This document shows, one piece after another, positions 43,843-61,085 of a stretch of 64,000 bases of DNA; the first letter of the stretch is position 1, and each line of letters starts with the position of its first letter. The translations under genes were made by a program, and so were the position numbers. The DNA is taken from the NCBI RefSeq assembly GCF_009914755.1, contig NC_060926.1; one strand, given 5' to 3'. Under the pieces are notes generated by a model, which saw only the letters and a program-made list of their open reading frames with translations, searched no databases and was not told where the DNA came from. This DNA comes from the human T2T-CHM13v2.0 reference genome, Homo sapiens.

Positions 43843-44769
43843 GTAAGTTGTGAAATACCTCAACCCTATCTGGTGCCAGCTGCCAACAGGTACAGAATGT
43901 GGGCTCAGCAACTGTTAGCTTAAACAAAGCATTGTTTACTCAACAGAGGGGAAGGAGGAGGACATGAAAAGGCAGGTCTATTTCTAAACATCATTTAAAT
44001 TTCTTTTAGGGGTGGTAAGCAACTTGACCTTGAAAACTGATTCAAAGAGAGAATTCTTTGAATTCTTTTAACATCCTGAGAATATAGAAACAAGTTGTAA
44101 TTTTCTGTCTGCAGAAGCGCTACATGTTTATTTTAGAACATTTAAAAAGGAAAAACTAAAAATTCTTTAGTTTCTACCACCTGAAGAGGACTGCTATCGA
44201 TACTCTGAGGTAGCCACATCATTTCAGGCTCATCAAGAGGGGTGTTTCTTAACAATATGGGTGTGTTGGCTGCCTCCTGCTTTAGACAGTAATCAGACAC
44301 CTTGGACCTTGGTTATTTGCTCTTTGGAACAAGCATCGAATTGAATCCCTTTGAGAGTTCTGTAAAGTTCAGCTCTGAGGTGGAAGCTGAGCCTCTTAGC
44401 TGAAAACATGGCTGTACCTAAGGCTGGACATCTGCTCTCCTTCTCTTGCCCAAATACGGTTTCTGAATAGACAAGTAATTCTGATCCGTGGTCTTCTGGA
44501 GGAAGCAATAATAGAAGTAGAAATCTTATACCTAGAGAGGAACTGGAGAGCCTGACAGCTTGAGATGCCTTCCTTTAGGAAGATGGGTGTGTAAAGTAAA
44601 CTATCCTGAACAAAGAGTAATATACTCTTAATTTCTTTTGCATTAGATATTCCAGAATTTTCTTCATGATCTCTGACAGTCAAAGGCTTATTCATGTGTG
44701 CCCCAAATCTCTCATGCTTTAGTTTAAAATCATTTTCTTGCTGATTGATTCTCCCTGGCCATGGAGAAT

Positions 44770-46260
<1,491 letters not shown>

Positions 46261-46844
46261 CTCTGATCTTTTTGGCATGTATCTTCTTCATTATTAATGT
46301 AATAACAATATTTCATCAATTGTGATATGGCACCTATTTCTATCTATTCATTTTTGTCATTCCTTCCTATATCCTCTCTGTTTCCTTTGCCTGCTATCAC
46401 AATGGGCCCTCTTGGGACAGAATTCCCTGTCTTCCCAGAATGGATAATGGCCCATTATACTCTGAAATTCAATCAATATGGATATTTATCATGCTAACAG
46501 GGAACACATTTCTTGATCTCTTTCTTGGAGAAAAAGAGTCATTAAGAATGCTAACTGATAAACGGAACCACCCTTGCCAATTCCTCTATCGATTCACCTT
46601 GTTATATATTAATCCTAATCCATAGTAGTGTCCCACAGCAACGCAGTTTGCTTAAAAGTTGAATGCAGTGTTTGAGTGCCATCCAAAAATTTTTCAATAC
46701 GGAATTTCCAAAAGAACCTTGTGAAACATTCAACTCAGAAAGCTGTCTCATGCTGGGGCCAACAGCCATGTTGGAATTCTGACAGCAAGTCACCAATTTG
46801 CGTATTACTACTGATATATAATAGAAGAAAAGAAGTAAAGTGCC

Positions 46845-47338
46845 TCTGTTAGTTTCTTGAGGCTGCCAAAATAAAGTATTTGCAAAAGTAATTGCACCAA
46901 CCTAATAGCACAAACTGGATGGCTTAGAATAGTAGAAATGTATTGCCTCACAGTTCTGGAGGCCAGAAATCCAAAGCAAGGTGTCAGCAGAGCCATGCTC
47001 CCTTTGACACCTGTGCAGAAGCCTTCTGGGCCTCTTCCTAGCTTCTGGGGGTTTGCTGGCAATCCTAGCTATTCCTTGGCTTGCTGCTCCATAACTTCCA
47101 TCTCTGCCTTTGTCATACGGTGCTCACCCCTTGTATGTCTCTGTCTTCTCATATCCACATCTTCTTATAAGGACACCAGTCGTATTGGATTAGGGGCCCA
47201 CCCTACACCAGTATCACCTCATCTTAACTGATTAATCTGCAGTGGCCCTATTTCCAAATAAGGTCACATTCTGAGGTGCTGGAGGTTAGGACTTCAACAT
47301 GTCTTTTTTGAGGGGGGAGATACAATTCATCCAATAAC
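46845..47338 (-). mobile_element. MaLR MLT1C-like solo LTR
   Basis: CTCACAGTTCTGGAGGCCAGAAATCCAA...AAGGACACCAGTCGTATTGGATTAGGG...CCAAATAAGGTCACATTCTGAGGT...TAGGACTTCAACAT. Confidence 0.85.
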
Positions 47339-47818
47339 GGGGCCCAAGGAAGTCGATGTCATACATGTCTACCTTCCTCTGTCAGACTTATAGAGGGTGA
47401 TGACCAAGTGCCAAATGCTTACCATATCCAGAACATGAAAGCCTGGTCTTGCAGCAGAGAAGGCCCGTGCCCTGGGTACCTGAGGACTTGGATGGGCTTG
47501 ATGTGGGCCACTATGGGCCTGAGAGGTCCAGGCCAGGGTGGTCTAGTGCAGTAAGCTCAAGTCAGGCTCACCAGAGAACTGTGCTAAGGGTATAAAAATC
47601 CTCCATTCCTTTAGATGGCCCATATTACATTCTTGGATCCAATTAGATTATCAGAAAACTTTAGCTCTATTCCACACTGTTTATGCCACCTTGTACAAAT
47701 GCTCCATCCTAGATTCTGCTTTGGCATTACCCCATAGGCTTGTGTGGAGGTATAATACAAGAAATAGATAAAAGAATCTCATTATTTTATTTATTATGGA
47801 GGTACAGCTGAAGTTCTC

Positions 47819-47820
<2 letters not shown>

Positions 47821-47861
<41 letters not shown>
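47821..47861. repeat. (TGA)13 trinucleotide microsatellite
   Basis: 13 perfect units followed by TG. Confidence 0.97.
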
Positions 47862-48049
47862 TTTCTGAGTTTTTGTTTTAGTGTTTACTTTTTTCTGGGT
47901 TTTGTGCTAAGTGCATTCCTGTATTATCCTGTTTCTGTGAGTTATTATTCGCAACATACAAGTGAGAAAAATGAAACGTCCCCAGGTCACACAGCTAGAA
48001 AGAGGTAAAGATAAGATTCATACCCCACTCCAGTGCTTATGCTCCTTCC

Positions 48050-50275
<2,226 letters not shown>

Positions 50276-50332
50276 TGCCTCCGTGTTGGTGAGAGGCTGC
50301 CTCTCAGTAACATCACTCTCTTGTGTGTTCAG

Positions 50333-50420
50333 GCAACCAAAGGAGGTACTGTCAAAGCTGCTTCAGGATTCAATGCCATGGAAGATGCCCAGACCCTGAG
50401 GAAGGCCATGAAAGGGCTCG
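50333..50420 (+). CDS. ANXA4: Annexin A4 exon 3 (N-terminal head and start of annexin repeat 1), 88 nt
   Basis: Acceptor TTGTGTGTTCAG|GCA; translation [29 protein letters not shown]+G includes the annexin MKGLG(T) motif; donor CTCG|GTATGT at 50421 (phase 1). The next exon is not in the window. Confidence 0.97.
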
Positions 50421-50537
50421 GTATGTGTCCTGCTGGAAGTGAATCCTCCTGCGTGCATTGCACATCACAGGGTCACACAGGAGGGTGCCATGTCTGCTGG
50501 CCATCACGTGGGTCTTCCTTTAATAAAACACAAGGGA

Positions 50538-51256
<719 letters not shown>

Positions 51257-51735
51257 TCACTTTAATAAAGAATGATAAATTTAATATACTCATTATGGAT
51301 TTCCCCTATTGTTTAAACCTGCTTTGAATTACGACATCATGAATCTGCATATTAAATTTTAGAAATGTATTTGTTTTCCAATTAGTGCTGGTGTGTATAT
51401 GGTGCCACAGATTTACAAAGCAGTTTCACAGACATTATCTCATTGGATATATGCAACAACCTGTGATTTAGTGAAAGCAGCTATTCCTATTGTTATTTTA
51501 GCCCCATTTTACAGATGTGAAACTGAGACCCAGAGAGGCCGAGTAACTCTCACCAAGTCGCACAGTGAGTGAAACTGAGCCATGGCTCACACTAGGCAGA
51601 TCCCATCTCAAGCTCGGGGTCATCAGCACTAAGTCCACATTCTTGCCTTGAGTCCGTCTGCTTGTTGCTGTGGTGATAGACACAGCTGTGACAGCACCGA
51701 CATGCAATGTGTGGAATTTAATGTGAGAAGGCTGG

Positions 51736-52511
51736 TGAAGCAGCCTTGTTGTCTGGGGTAAATACTAAGGTTTTTGGTGTCATGGCCAAGGAGATTGAGG
51801 TTGCAGACAGACACACACACAGTGAGTTTGGAGCAGGAGTTTAATAGGCAAAAGAAAAGAACAGCTCTCCATCACAGAGAGGGGTCCCGAGCGGGTTGCC
51901 AAGTGGTAGTAAAATTGTCAGGGTTTTTATAAATGGGCTACTGAGGAGGGGGCTCATGAGCAGAGGAGGTCTTATCCTCCTAGGGTCCAGTGGTTTGGTT
52001 GGGACCAGGTGTGCCTTCTATATAGAGCAGAGTTTTTTTAAATCAGCTCTTATCCCATTCTCTGACCACATAGATGGACTCTTATTCTGTGTTTCTTTGT
52101 CTTGCTTATCTGGGAGGGAGAGTTTCTGTGTCTGTTCCCACACATCTTCTTGCAGCTGCAGACATCCGCCCAAGTCTGTTTTTAGCTCCTCAATCTTACT
52201 GCGCCTAAAGGGAAGGAATATGCTTATTAAGACCCACTGTTTTACTGGTGCCCACTGTGTAAATGTGAAGTTTGGTGATTACCCAGGAGACTTCCCCCTC
52301 CCTTTCTGTGCTCAAGCCATCTTCTCTGTGTTTTACAGCCTGAACTTTCAGGCTGCTTGTTGTTAGAAGAGAAGTGCTTTTTTTTTGAACTGCATGAGGT
52401 TAGAAAGGGAGCTATTTTTGAGCTGCTTTTTGTTAAAAGGAAAGTTTTCTGCTGGGGACTCACTTTACCCTAAATGTCTACCTAAATCATTTCTTTCTGC
52501 CTCCTATAACA
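51736..52511 (-). mobile_element. 3' LTR of provirus (776 bp)
   Basis: Direct repeat of 61107-61885; preceded on the minus strand by the PPT; TATAAAA at 51925-51931 and poly(A) signal ATTAAA at 51840-51845 (minus). Confidence 0.95.
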
Positions 52512-52524
52512 TATTTCCCCCCTC
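52512..52524 (-). other. Polypurine tract
   Basis: GAGGGGGGAAATA directly before the TG of the 3' LTR on the minus strand. Confidence 0.85.
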
Positions 52525-52619
52525 AGGAATGAAATCCATAACTGCTGCTAGGGGAAACTGGGTGACGATTTCTTCTGGCTGCTTCCTGCTGGAGAGTGGC
52601 GTTGTGTGGGGAACAGCAG

Positions 52620-52860
52620 CTAGGGCTCCTCCTGGGGTTGATTTAAGGGTCCCTCGTAGGAGGGCAGTTTCATTTTCGGCTCCATTTTCAGCACCATCTG
52701 AAGCTTGATGGTTTCTAAGCGAGAAGAGATAAACTTCACAAGGAGGTTTAGAATATAGGTTCTAAATATGAGTATTAAGATTACTATTATTAATGGGGGC
52801 ACTATAGGTCGTAACCATGACAACAGAGTTTGTTTGATACCTGTGAGCCATTCAGATGGG
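52620..52860 (-). pseudogene. env: env TM C-terminal remnant (membrane anchor and cytoplasmic tail)
   Basis: SWLRPIVPPLIIVILILIFRTYILNLLVKFISSRLETIKLQMVLKMEPKM...GPLNQP resembles the ERV1/syncytin-1-type TM tail and lies just upstream of the PPT. Confidence 0.88.
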
Positions 52861-55248
52861 TTGTGCTGCTGTAAGTGGGTATATGGGGCTTGGCTTTGTT
52901 TAGCTTCCTTGGTCTTACTTTCCCAAAAAAGGGAGAAACCCTGGGGTTCTAGTTTACCTGGCAGGATTTGTAGGATAATTGCCCAGAACTAGAACATGTT
53001 TCCAGATTTTTCTATTACCGATGCCTTTCTGTTTTCTCTGAGCTGCAGCCAGAGATTCCTGGTTGGTTGACAGGAGTAAGCAGGGTTAGTTTAAAATGTA
53101 GGCAAGAACTTAAAAACAACTGATGGGACTACAGGTTAATAACAGATGTATGATAAGTCTTAAAACATAATTTCTCTTTCTCTAGTCCTCATTTTTGTTA
53201 AAAATAATCTATGATAGGACTGAGTTGTTTGCAAAACAGACTTCAGTCCTATACTTGGCCTAATTATTTGCATAAAGTACAGCAAGAATAATCATCCTTA
53301 CATAAGCCTCTTAGATTGGCTTTGATGGAACCTTGTTCCATGAGGAATTTTAGATAGGACTTTTTAAAGCCAAGCCCAGCCATAGGTTTGTACTTTTAAA
53401 TACCTGTGAGTTGGATAAATTTTTTTCCTTCTTGAGGTTCCAGAAGCATGGGGTTCCTAGGCCTGTTAGAAAGTGACATTCTTTACTCACTGCAGGTCAG
53501 GAACCCTGTATGGAGACTGTGTAGACAGATATGAGGCCAGTTTTCCCCAGGGGCTTTTATTGGCTCAGCAAGTTAAGCTTGATTCCTTAAAGGGAAATAT
53601 ACCCTTCCAGTCAAAGCCTTGGTAAAACAACCAGTTTTTCCGATTGTGTTTTGTTGCAAGAGAAAATGGATTCTTGCTGCACTGATTCAAACAACTATAT
53701 TGTTGTAATTTAAGAATATTTATAACTAGTTTCCAAATTCTACAGGAATTAGGCAGAGAGACATAAACATGCTCCAAACTTTGCCTATAGTAGTACACTT
53801 TGCTTAGTTATCAAAGGCTGTAGCTAGCTTAAGACAAGTTTTTTTGACTCTAAAAAATAAAATAAGGATTAGCCGTGTTCTAAGAATAAGTGAAGAATAT
53901 TGCTTTAGTTTTCTATTAGTTCAGTTCATTCCATTAACTTTTGTTTTGATATTTATAAACATTTTAGCCTTTTATGAGTCCCATACATTTTTTGGTCATG
54001 ACAAACCTGCATTGGAGAGAACTTGTTAAAGTCCCATGGCTTGATTATGAACCATCTTTTGAAGAGAATTAAAACAAAACAACAATTGTCTGTAAATGAC
54101 AAAATGTCCAGTTTGGATACAGTCAGAAATACAATTGACAAAGAAATTTGGTTATTTTTGTGTTTTTCAAAAACCCAGCATAACAACCTTAATTGTAATA
54201 GCACATATTCAGACACTAGAACCATAGACATCCCATACAGTTTTGGAACACATGTTAATATTATTCCCTAAAATATAACCTGAAGAGTATTAGACATCAT
54301 TTTGGCAATTTTATGTACCTCAACATGTTAAATAATACTGTTTACCTCTCTTCTAGATGCTTCAGGGGTCCTCTGCAGCACCCAAAAGCCAGGGGTTAGG
54401 AAAGACAGACTTGAGACTAAAGTTTGACTTTGGGAAGCCTGTTAAGTATATTTAAAATTTAAAACACTTGATATTATGAAATAGAATTTTAGATTACCAA
54501 AAGTTTTTGTTTTTGCCAAAATGTTGAGCCAGAAATTTGAAAAAGCAAAAACCATTCATTAGCCTTTTCTATTCCATGAAAATCCCGTGTTAAGAGAGAA
54601 AGTTAAATTTTACCCTTGCATTAGTTTGCTATTAATGTTAAACTTAATTTTAAATGAAACATTATAGACAATCCTATTTAATTTTAACCAGTTTGACCAT
54701 GAAGTGAGATTTTCACATACCTGTTATAACCCTTGACAAGTTTTGCTAAAGAGTAGATTAGCATTTTAAGAAAACCTTGCTGTGCTTTTATTTCAGTGAT
54801 TAATTTACAGAAAAAAACCATATAATGCCCTTTTGCATTTAGTTAATATGTTTACACGCAGTGTTTTTTTTGCAAGATTTTTACAGTTTTTTTTTTAAAT
54901 TTGCTTAAACCTTCTACTTTAAGACAATTCTTTATTTCTAAGCAAAATATACATTTCCATGCCCTCTTATAATCTTTAAATAAAAACATCTTTTACTGTT
55001 TTTACACACTTTGCATGTAATTCCATGTTCAGTAGTTTCAATCACATGTTATAATGGTAACTTTTAGTAATTTTTAACTTTAATGTAAAACCTGTTAGGT
55101 TGTTTTAATTATGTGCTGGATGCAGATAATGTTTGACTCCTTTCAGCATAGTTAGGGGCTTGGTTGCTTCCGTATGTTCCCAGGTGCTACCAATTGTGAA
55201 GCAGGCACGTTGATAGTTTTTAAAGGCTAAATAAAGAAGTAGTTTTAT

Positions 55249-55547
55249 GGCCAGTCGCAATGGCTCCTGCCTGTAATCCCAGCACTTTGGGAGGCCAAGG
55301 CGGGCGGATCACGAGGTCAGGAGATCGAGACCATCCTGGCCAACATGGTGAAACCCCGTCTCTACTAAAAATGCAAAAATTAGATGGATGTGGTGGCGCG
55401 TGCCTGTAATCCCAGCTACTCAGGAGGCTGAGACAGGAGAATCACTTGAACCAGGGAGTCAGAGGTTGCAGTGGGCCGAGATCGCACTACTGCACTCCAG
55501 TCTGGCGACAGAGCAAGACTCCATCTCAAAAAAAAAAAAAAAAAAAA
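55249..55547 (+). mobile_element. Alu (AluSc-like) nested in the provirus
   Basis: GGCCAGTCGCAATGGCTC...GATCACGAGGTCAGGAGATCGAGACC...poly(A); imperfect TSD. Confidence 0.93.
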
Positions 55548-56704
55548 GCAGTTTACAACCTTAAAACATTTAGCAAACTAGTATTTGACCTGCATAATTT
55601 AGACCACATTTTTATACCTTGAAGACATTTGTATTTTACCAATAATTCCTAAGACTCTTTTTATTTTTAAAGATTAAAGTCACATGAACTGAAAGGTACC
55701 ACAGCTTTTACTTTTCCCTTAAAAATGTTTGATTTAAGCGCTTATTTTTCTTAGGCCAATTAATTAGAGCTCCTTTTTTTAATAGGCATTACACAAGTAA
55801 CACATATATAACCACACAAACAGAAGAAGATCCAGCAGTTATAAGATTTTGCATTTGCCAATGTCCCAATTGGATTATTGGCCTCTGAGTGAGGTTCTTT
55901 CAGAACAGAGCTAGGAATACAGTTTCCAGGGCCTAATAAGCAAGCATAGCCAGAAGACAAAGACGATTTTGAGAGGTATTTATTCACCTTTAATTCCAGG
56001 GGCTCCGAGGAAAACAGATTTTTCCTAAAATGGGATTTGTGGTGCATTTTCTGTTTCCCCAAGGAGTCCCAGGCCACCGGAAGCCATTCTAGGTGCACCA
56101 AGAGTGGCAAGACACAGTAAAAAAAAAAAGCAATTCAGTCAACTGAGAAAAAAAACGTTTCCAGATTTATGAAGATTTATTTAAGAAGATTTATGAAGAG
56201 AAAAACATAAAGGCCTTTTAAATATACCCATTGATTGGATATCCACTTTTAATTAAGCTGAATGCTCTTTAAGAAAATCCTTTTTCATTAATTAAAACTT
56301 TACAAAGAATGCAAACAGTAATTCTTATTATTTCTTTTACCCAGTTTGCTCCACTTACCTGTTCACAATCATGTTTAGGTTCTCCAGTTTTCTCTGGGAG
56401 AAAGTGGCTGGGCTCAGGCAAGGGCAGGTTTTCAGCTGGACTGCAGATCCCTTTAGCAGCAAAGCTTGGTATTTGAGGAGGCAATTGTTTGTCAGCCAGA
56501 GACTTTCCTTAGAGGACAACAGTCCTGTTACATTGTGTGGGGTTAAACAGTTATTTCCCATGGTTAACCCAGTGGCCTCTGACACCAGCAAAGCCTCCAC
56601 TGTAACTGCTTGGAGGCAGGCTGACCATCCTTTGGCCACCAAGTTTTAAGTTCCTTGCTTAAGTAACTCACTGGCTGTTGAGCTGGACCTCAAGCCTTAG
56701 TTAA

Positions 56705-57064
<360 letters not shown>

Positions 57065-58363
57065 TAGCTGGTTAAAGGCTTTTTGAGCCTTAGGTTCCCA
57101 AAAGAGAGAGGGGTGAGTTTTAACTGTTTGAGTTTCTTTTATGAGGTGGTATAAAGGGTGAGCCATTTCCCTGTGCCCAGGTACTCACAGTTTACAAAAT
57201 CCAGTAATGCCCAAGAATTTCCCTAACTATCAAAGGAAATGGGCCTAATCCTTTCCTCACCTGGTGCTCTGGTCCCTTCTGATAAGACCAGAACTAGGTA
57301 CTTTACTGAAGTCTGACAGAGCTGAGCTTTGGATTTTGAGACTCTATACTCCCTTTCAGCTAAGAAATTAAGGAGAGTCTTAGCATCTTCCTGAGCCTTC
57401 CTTGATTGGGGCATAGAGGAAAGTGTTATCTACATACTGCAAGACCCTGACCTGAGGACGGGAAAACTTAGAGGGGTCCTTTGACAGTGCTTGTCCAAAT
57501 GAGTGAGGGCTGTTTTGAAATCCCTGAGGCAGCACCATCCATGTTAACTGTGTGGTCTGGCCGGAGGGATCCTTACAGGCAAACAGGTATTGAGAGTCAG
57601 GATGTAACGGTATGCAGAAAAAGGCATCCTTTAAATCTAGGACTATAAACCATTTAGTTCCTTCAGGTATTTGAGTCAGCAAGGACTCAAACGGATGAAT
57701 TGGGACTATGGCCCATTAATGAGGCAGATGTCCTGAACTAGTCTCCATTCCCCATTGGGTTTTTATGCTCCTAGTATCGGGGTGTTGCAAGGACTGTTAC
57801 AGGGTCTGAGGAGGCCCTGCATTTTTAGGTTATTAATAATAGCTTCTAGCCCTTTCCTGGCCTCTGGCTTTAGAGGATATTGTCTCTGGTTAGGAAAAGA
57901 AGTGGGATTTTTAAGGCGGATCTGAACTGGCCTAGCAGTTTTAGCTTGACCTATTCTTCCTTGAGTTGTCCACACTTCTGGATTAATGTTGGCTTTCACT
58001 AAGGGAAGACAAAGAGTTTGTCCTGGGGCCATGAGGATGCTGGCCCCCATGTGGGCTAAAATATCTCTACCTAGTAAAGGAGTGGGGGGACTTTCAGGCA
58101 TATTTAAGAAGGCATGTGTAAATAATAAGTTCCCCCCAACTACAGTGAGAGAAATATTGGGTTAGAGTCTTTCCTGAGACACCCACCATGGTTGTGCTAT
58201 GGGAAGAGGGGAGGCCTTGATTGGACAGGAGAACAGAGAGACTGGCTCCAGTATCCAGGAGGAAGCCCACCCTCCTTCCTTCAATTTCCAGAATCACCCG
58301 GGGCTCCTGAACAGTGATGGCAGTCTGAGCCACTGGAGCCAGGGGTCTGAGCCCTAGGACCTG

Positions 58364-59459
58364 TCAGTCCTGCCGGACCATCTGTGAGACTAGTTCTGGA
58401 CCTAGTGACCTCCATATCCAGGGGCAGTTTAATATCCAGTGGTCTTCACCACACGCTGGACAGGGTCAAGGTGGCTTTTTCTTGTTGCCTGGGCAATTCT
58501 TCTTAAAGTGCCCTGGCTTGCCACACCAGTAGCAATTAGTGGATGCTTCCTGAGGATCCTGGACTCTGCAAGCCTGCAAAGCATCTCCTTGAGCCTTAGT
58601 CACTTTCTCTTTCTCTCCTGGGGCTCCTCCCAGTCCCTATGGTAAAAGACCAAGGTGGCCACCTTCAGGAGATCTTCCAAGGTACTATCTGGTCCTATAG
58701 CCTGTTTTTGTGGTTTCCTTCTAATATCAGGAGCTGCCTGCTTTTTGGCTGCAGTGAGGGTTTGACTTAGAAGCAACATAACAGCTCTCCATGTGAAGTC
58801 AAACACTTGAGTTAGATTTTGGAAGGTCTCTGTCTACCTATTAGGGACATCAGAAAATCGGCGCAAGTCTCCCTTTATTTTTCTACAGTCCTGTAATGAG
58901 AAGGGAACATGTACCCTAGGGGTGCCCCTTCCATCTGGCATTTCTTGTAGGGGTAGAAGTGAAGCTGGGGCAGTGGGGAGCTTTGGAGATGGTGAAGCTG
59001 GAGAAGCTGATGGTGCAGTTGGAGGGGGCCCCAGATTAGGAAAACTAGAAGGACTGGGGCACTTAGAAGCTGCCCCCAATGGCTCCTGCAAAACTTGCTC
59101 TTCTAACTTAGGGGAATTACTCTCCACAGACCCGCCTGATATGATTGCTAAGAGAGCTGAGTCAATTGTGCAGTGCTTGCTAACGTCTGGGTTGTCTCGC
59201 GGGGCAAAGAAAGCCTGTGCATAGGGGACCTTGGACCATTTGCTCTCCTGTCTACAGAAAAGATCTAATTGATGGATAGATTAAAATCAAGGTTCCCTTC
59301 AGCTGGCCATGTCTGTTCATCCCTGAGACAGTAAGAAGGCCATGCCCTTCTGCAAAAGAAAATGAGCTGCTTTTTCTTCAAAGTTTTAGGGTCAAAGGAC
59401 TCCCAGTGCTTCAGAATGCACTCCAGAGGAGTGCCGGCTGAAGATGGCTTGTTACCCAT
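58364..59459 (-). pseudogene. gag: Retroviral gag remnant (MA, Pro-rich region, partial CA, NC with two Zn knuckles)
   Basis: [36 protein letters not shown] resembles HERV-W/ERV9-type MA. Also RVHVPFSLQD, FDFTWRAVMLLLSQTL, CYWCGKPGHFKKNC and CPACGEDHWILNC (58421-58534). Ends QD-TGA (58364-58366). Contains frameshifts and stops. Confidence 0.92.
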
Positions 59460-61085
59460 CTGCAAAAGAGACAAGAATAGAGGTTTCCTCGGTCTCCTGG
59501 TTCTTTTCAATGTGACTCAGGGAGGAGGGGACACAGTAGGAGAGTCCTCCTGGCTGTTCTCCCTCCTTGGTCCCCGGGTCCCAGCACCATAGTTGCAGCC
59601 CCATGGTTGCAGGTGTGACCCCCAAGCGTAATACCAGAGGACCTAATCAATGGGCTAGTCATGTTTACCCATATGACCTCAGTCCTCTGCCTAATAATTG
59701 GGTAATTACTCTCTGACCTCCTAGACCTGTGTGACCTGTGTGGCTTCTTGATAAATGGATCTCCGGAGAGATAATGTAACACTTGCATTTAAGCAAGGCC
59801 CCTTAATGGAGGGAGTGTACTGGAATGAGCTTTATACTCTGCTATTATGGACTGGACTAGAGGATTTATTCTTAGGTGGTGGTTCCGGTTAACTTCCAGA
59901 CATAAAATCCCCTTTCTATTTAGATGCCATTCTAGTTGTAGGCAGAATGGGTGTCTTCAGAGAACTTAAGGGTCAAATGGTGGCCTTCCTGCTAACAGAG
60001 AGAGTACTGAGACTAAAATTTGGTTTTGGAGGACATGTTCCTCCTTGCTGCTGAAAGCAGAGTTCTCCCACTTGCAGAGGGGGCATAAGGTTTGGTCTCT
60101 ATTAGAGGGATGTAAAAGGGAGGAGAACTGAAAAGCCAGAGACTTTTAGCAAAGGGCAGACAAGATTCCTCATGGAGAGGATTCCCATTTTACTAGGTGG
60201 TGCTAGTGGAATACCAGGCAGTAACTTTGCCTCCATATGCTCTTTAAACAAAGGATGGAGAGAGAAGTCTGACCTGTGGCATGCTGTCCCCACAGCATAC
60301 CTCCTAAAAGGAGAAAGTTAGTTTGCCTCATAGAGGGGCTATCCGGTCCGACTGGACAGTGCTGGTTCCTCACATGGGAAAAGAAACAGCCTAAGTGGAC
60401 AGAGGGGCATTTACTGGGGGGAAAATAACCTCCCACCCAACCCCAGGAAGTATTATCATTAGGAGTTAAATAGTCTTTGAGATCTGGATCATGGAATTCC
60501 CCTGTCTGTAAAAAGTCAGAAAAACAGCAATCCCTTAACCTGCATTCCTGGTTACTACGGTGGTTGCTAAACCTGCCTAATTGAATTATTTCCTGGGCTG
60601 TAAAAATTCCTGCAGCATTGCATACAGAGAGGAGATGGGAGACATGGTGACTGCAGAAAGGAAAGGAGGAAAATAAGATTTGCAATAGGAAAACTTGGAG
60701 ATCCTATGGCTGACACCCAGTCAGGCAATCATAGGCTGGGGTCAGTCCAGGAGCCTTTTGAATAACACCAGGGTGTGGCCCTGGCCAGAAATTCTCAGTT
60801 GCTCCAGGACCTATTCCAGCCCCATACAACAACCAGGCTTTCTGTGAAAAGAAACTAGTTTGGACACAGCCAACATTCCCGGCACCCTGAGGGCAGGTCC
60901 TCCCCAGCAAGCCTCACATCTGAGTCTTCAAGACTGGTGGCCAGCCCTTGTGGCTCCTTAATCAGCTGTCAGATGCCCGGTGTTTTTGATAGTTATTTGA
61001 GAGAATAAAAACGGAGGACAAGAAGCCTCGGAAGTGAAAGTAGAGTCCGCTCCTTTACTCACCATTCTGATGAAGTCACCTTCAA

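Noticed and set aside
47796-48008. Poly-methionine ORF
   Set aside because: Translation of the (TGA)13 microsatellite.
52620-52823. Possible domesticated syncytin-like env gene
   Set aside because: Only the TM anchor and tail remain; no signal peptide, SU, furin site or fusion peptide, and the listed start is not an ATG.
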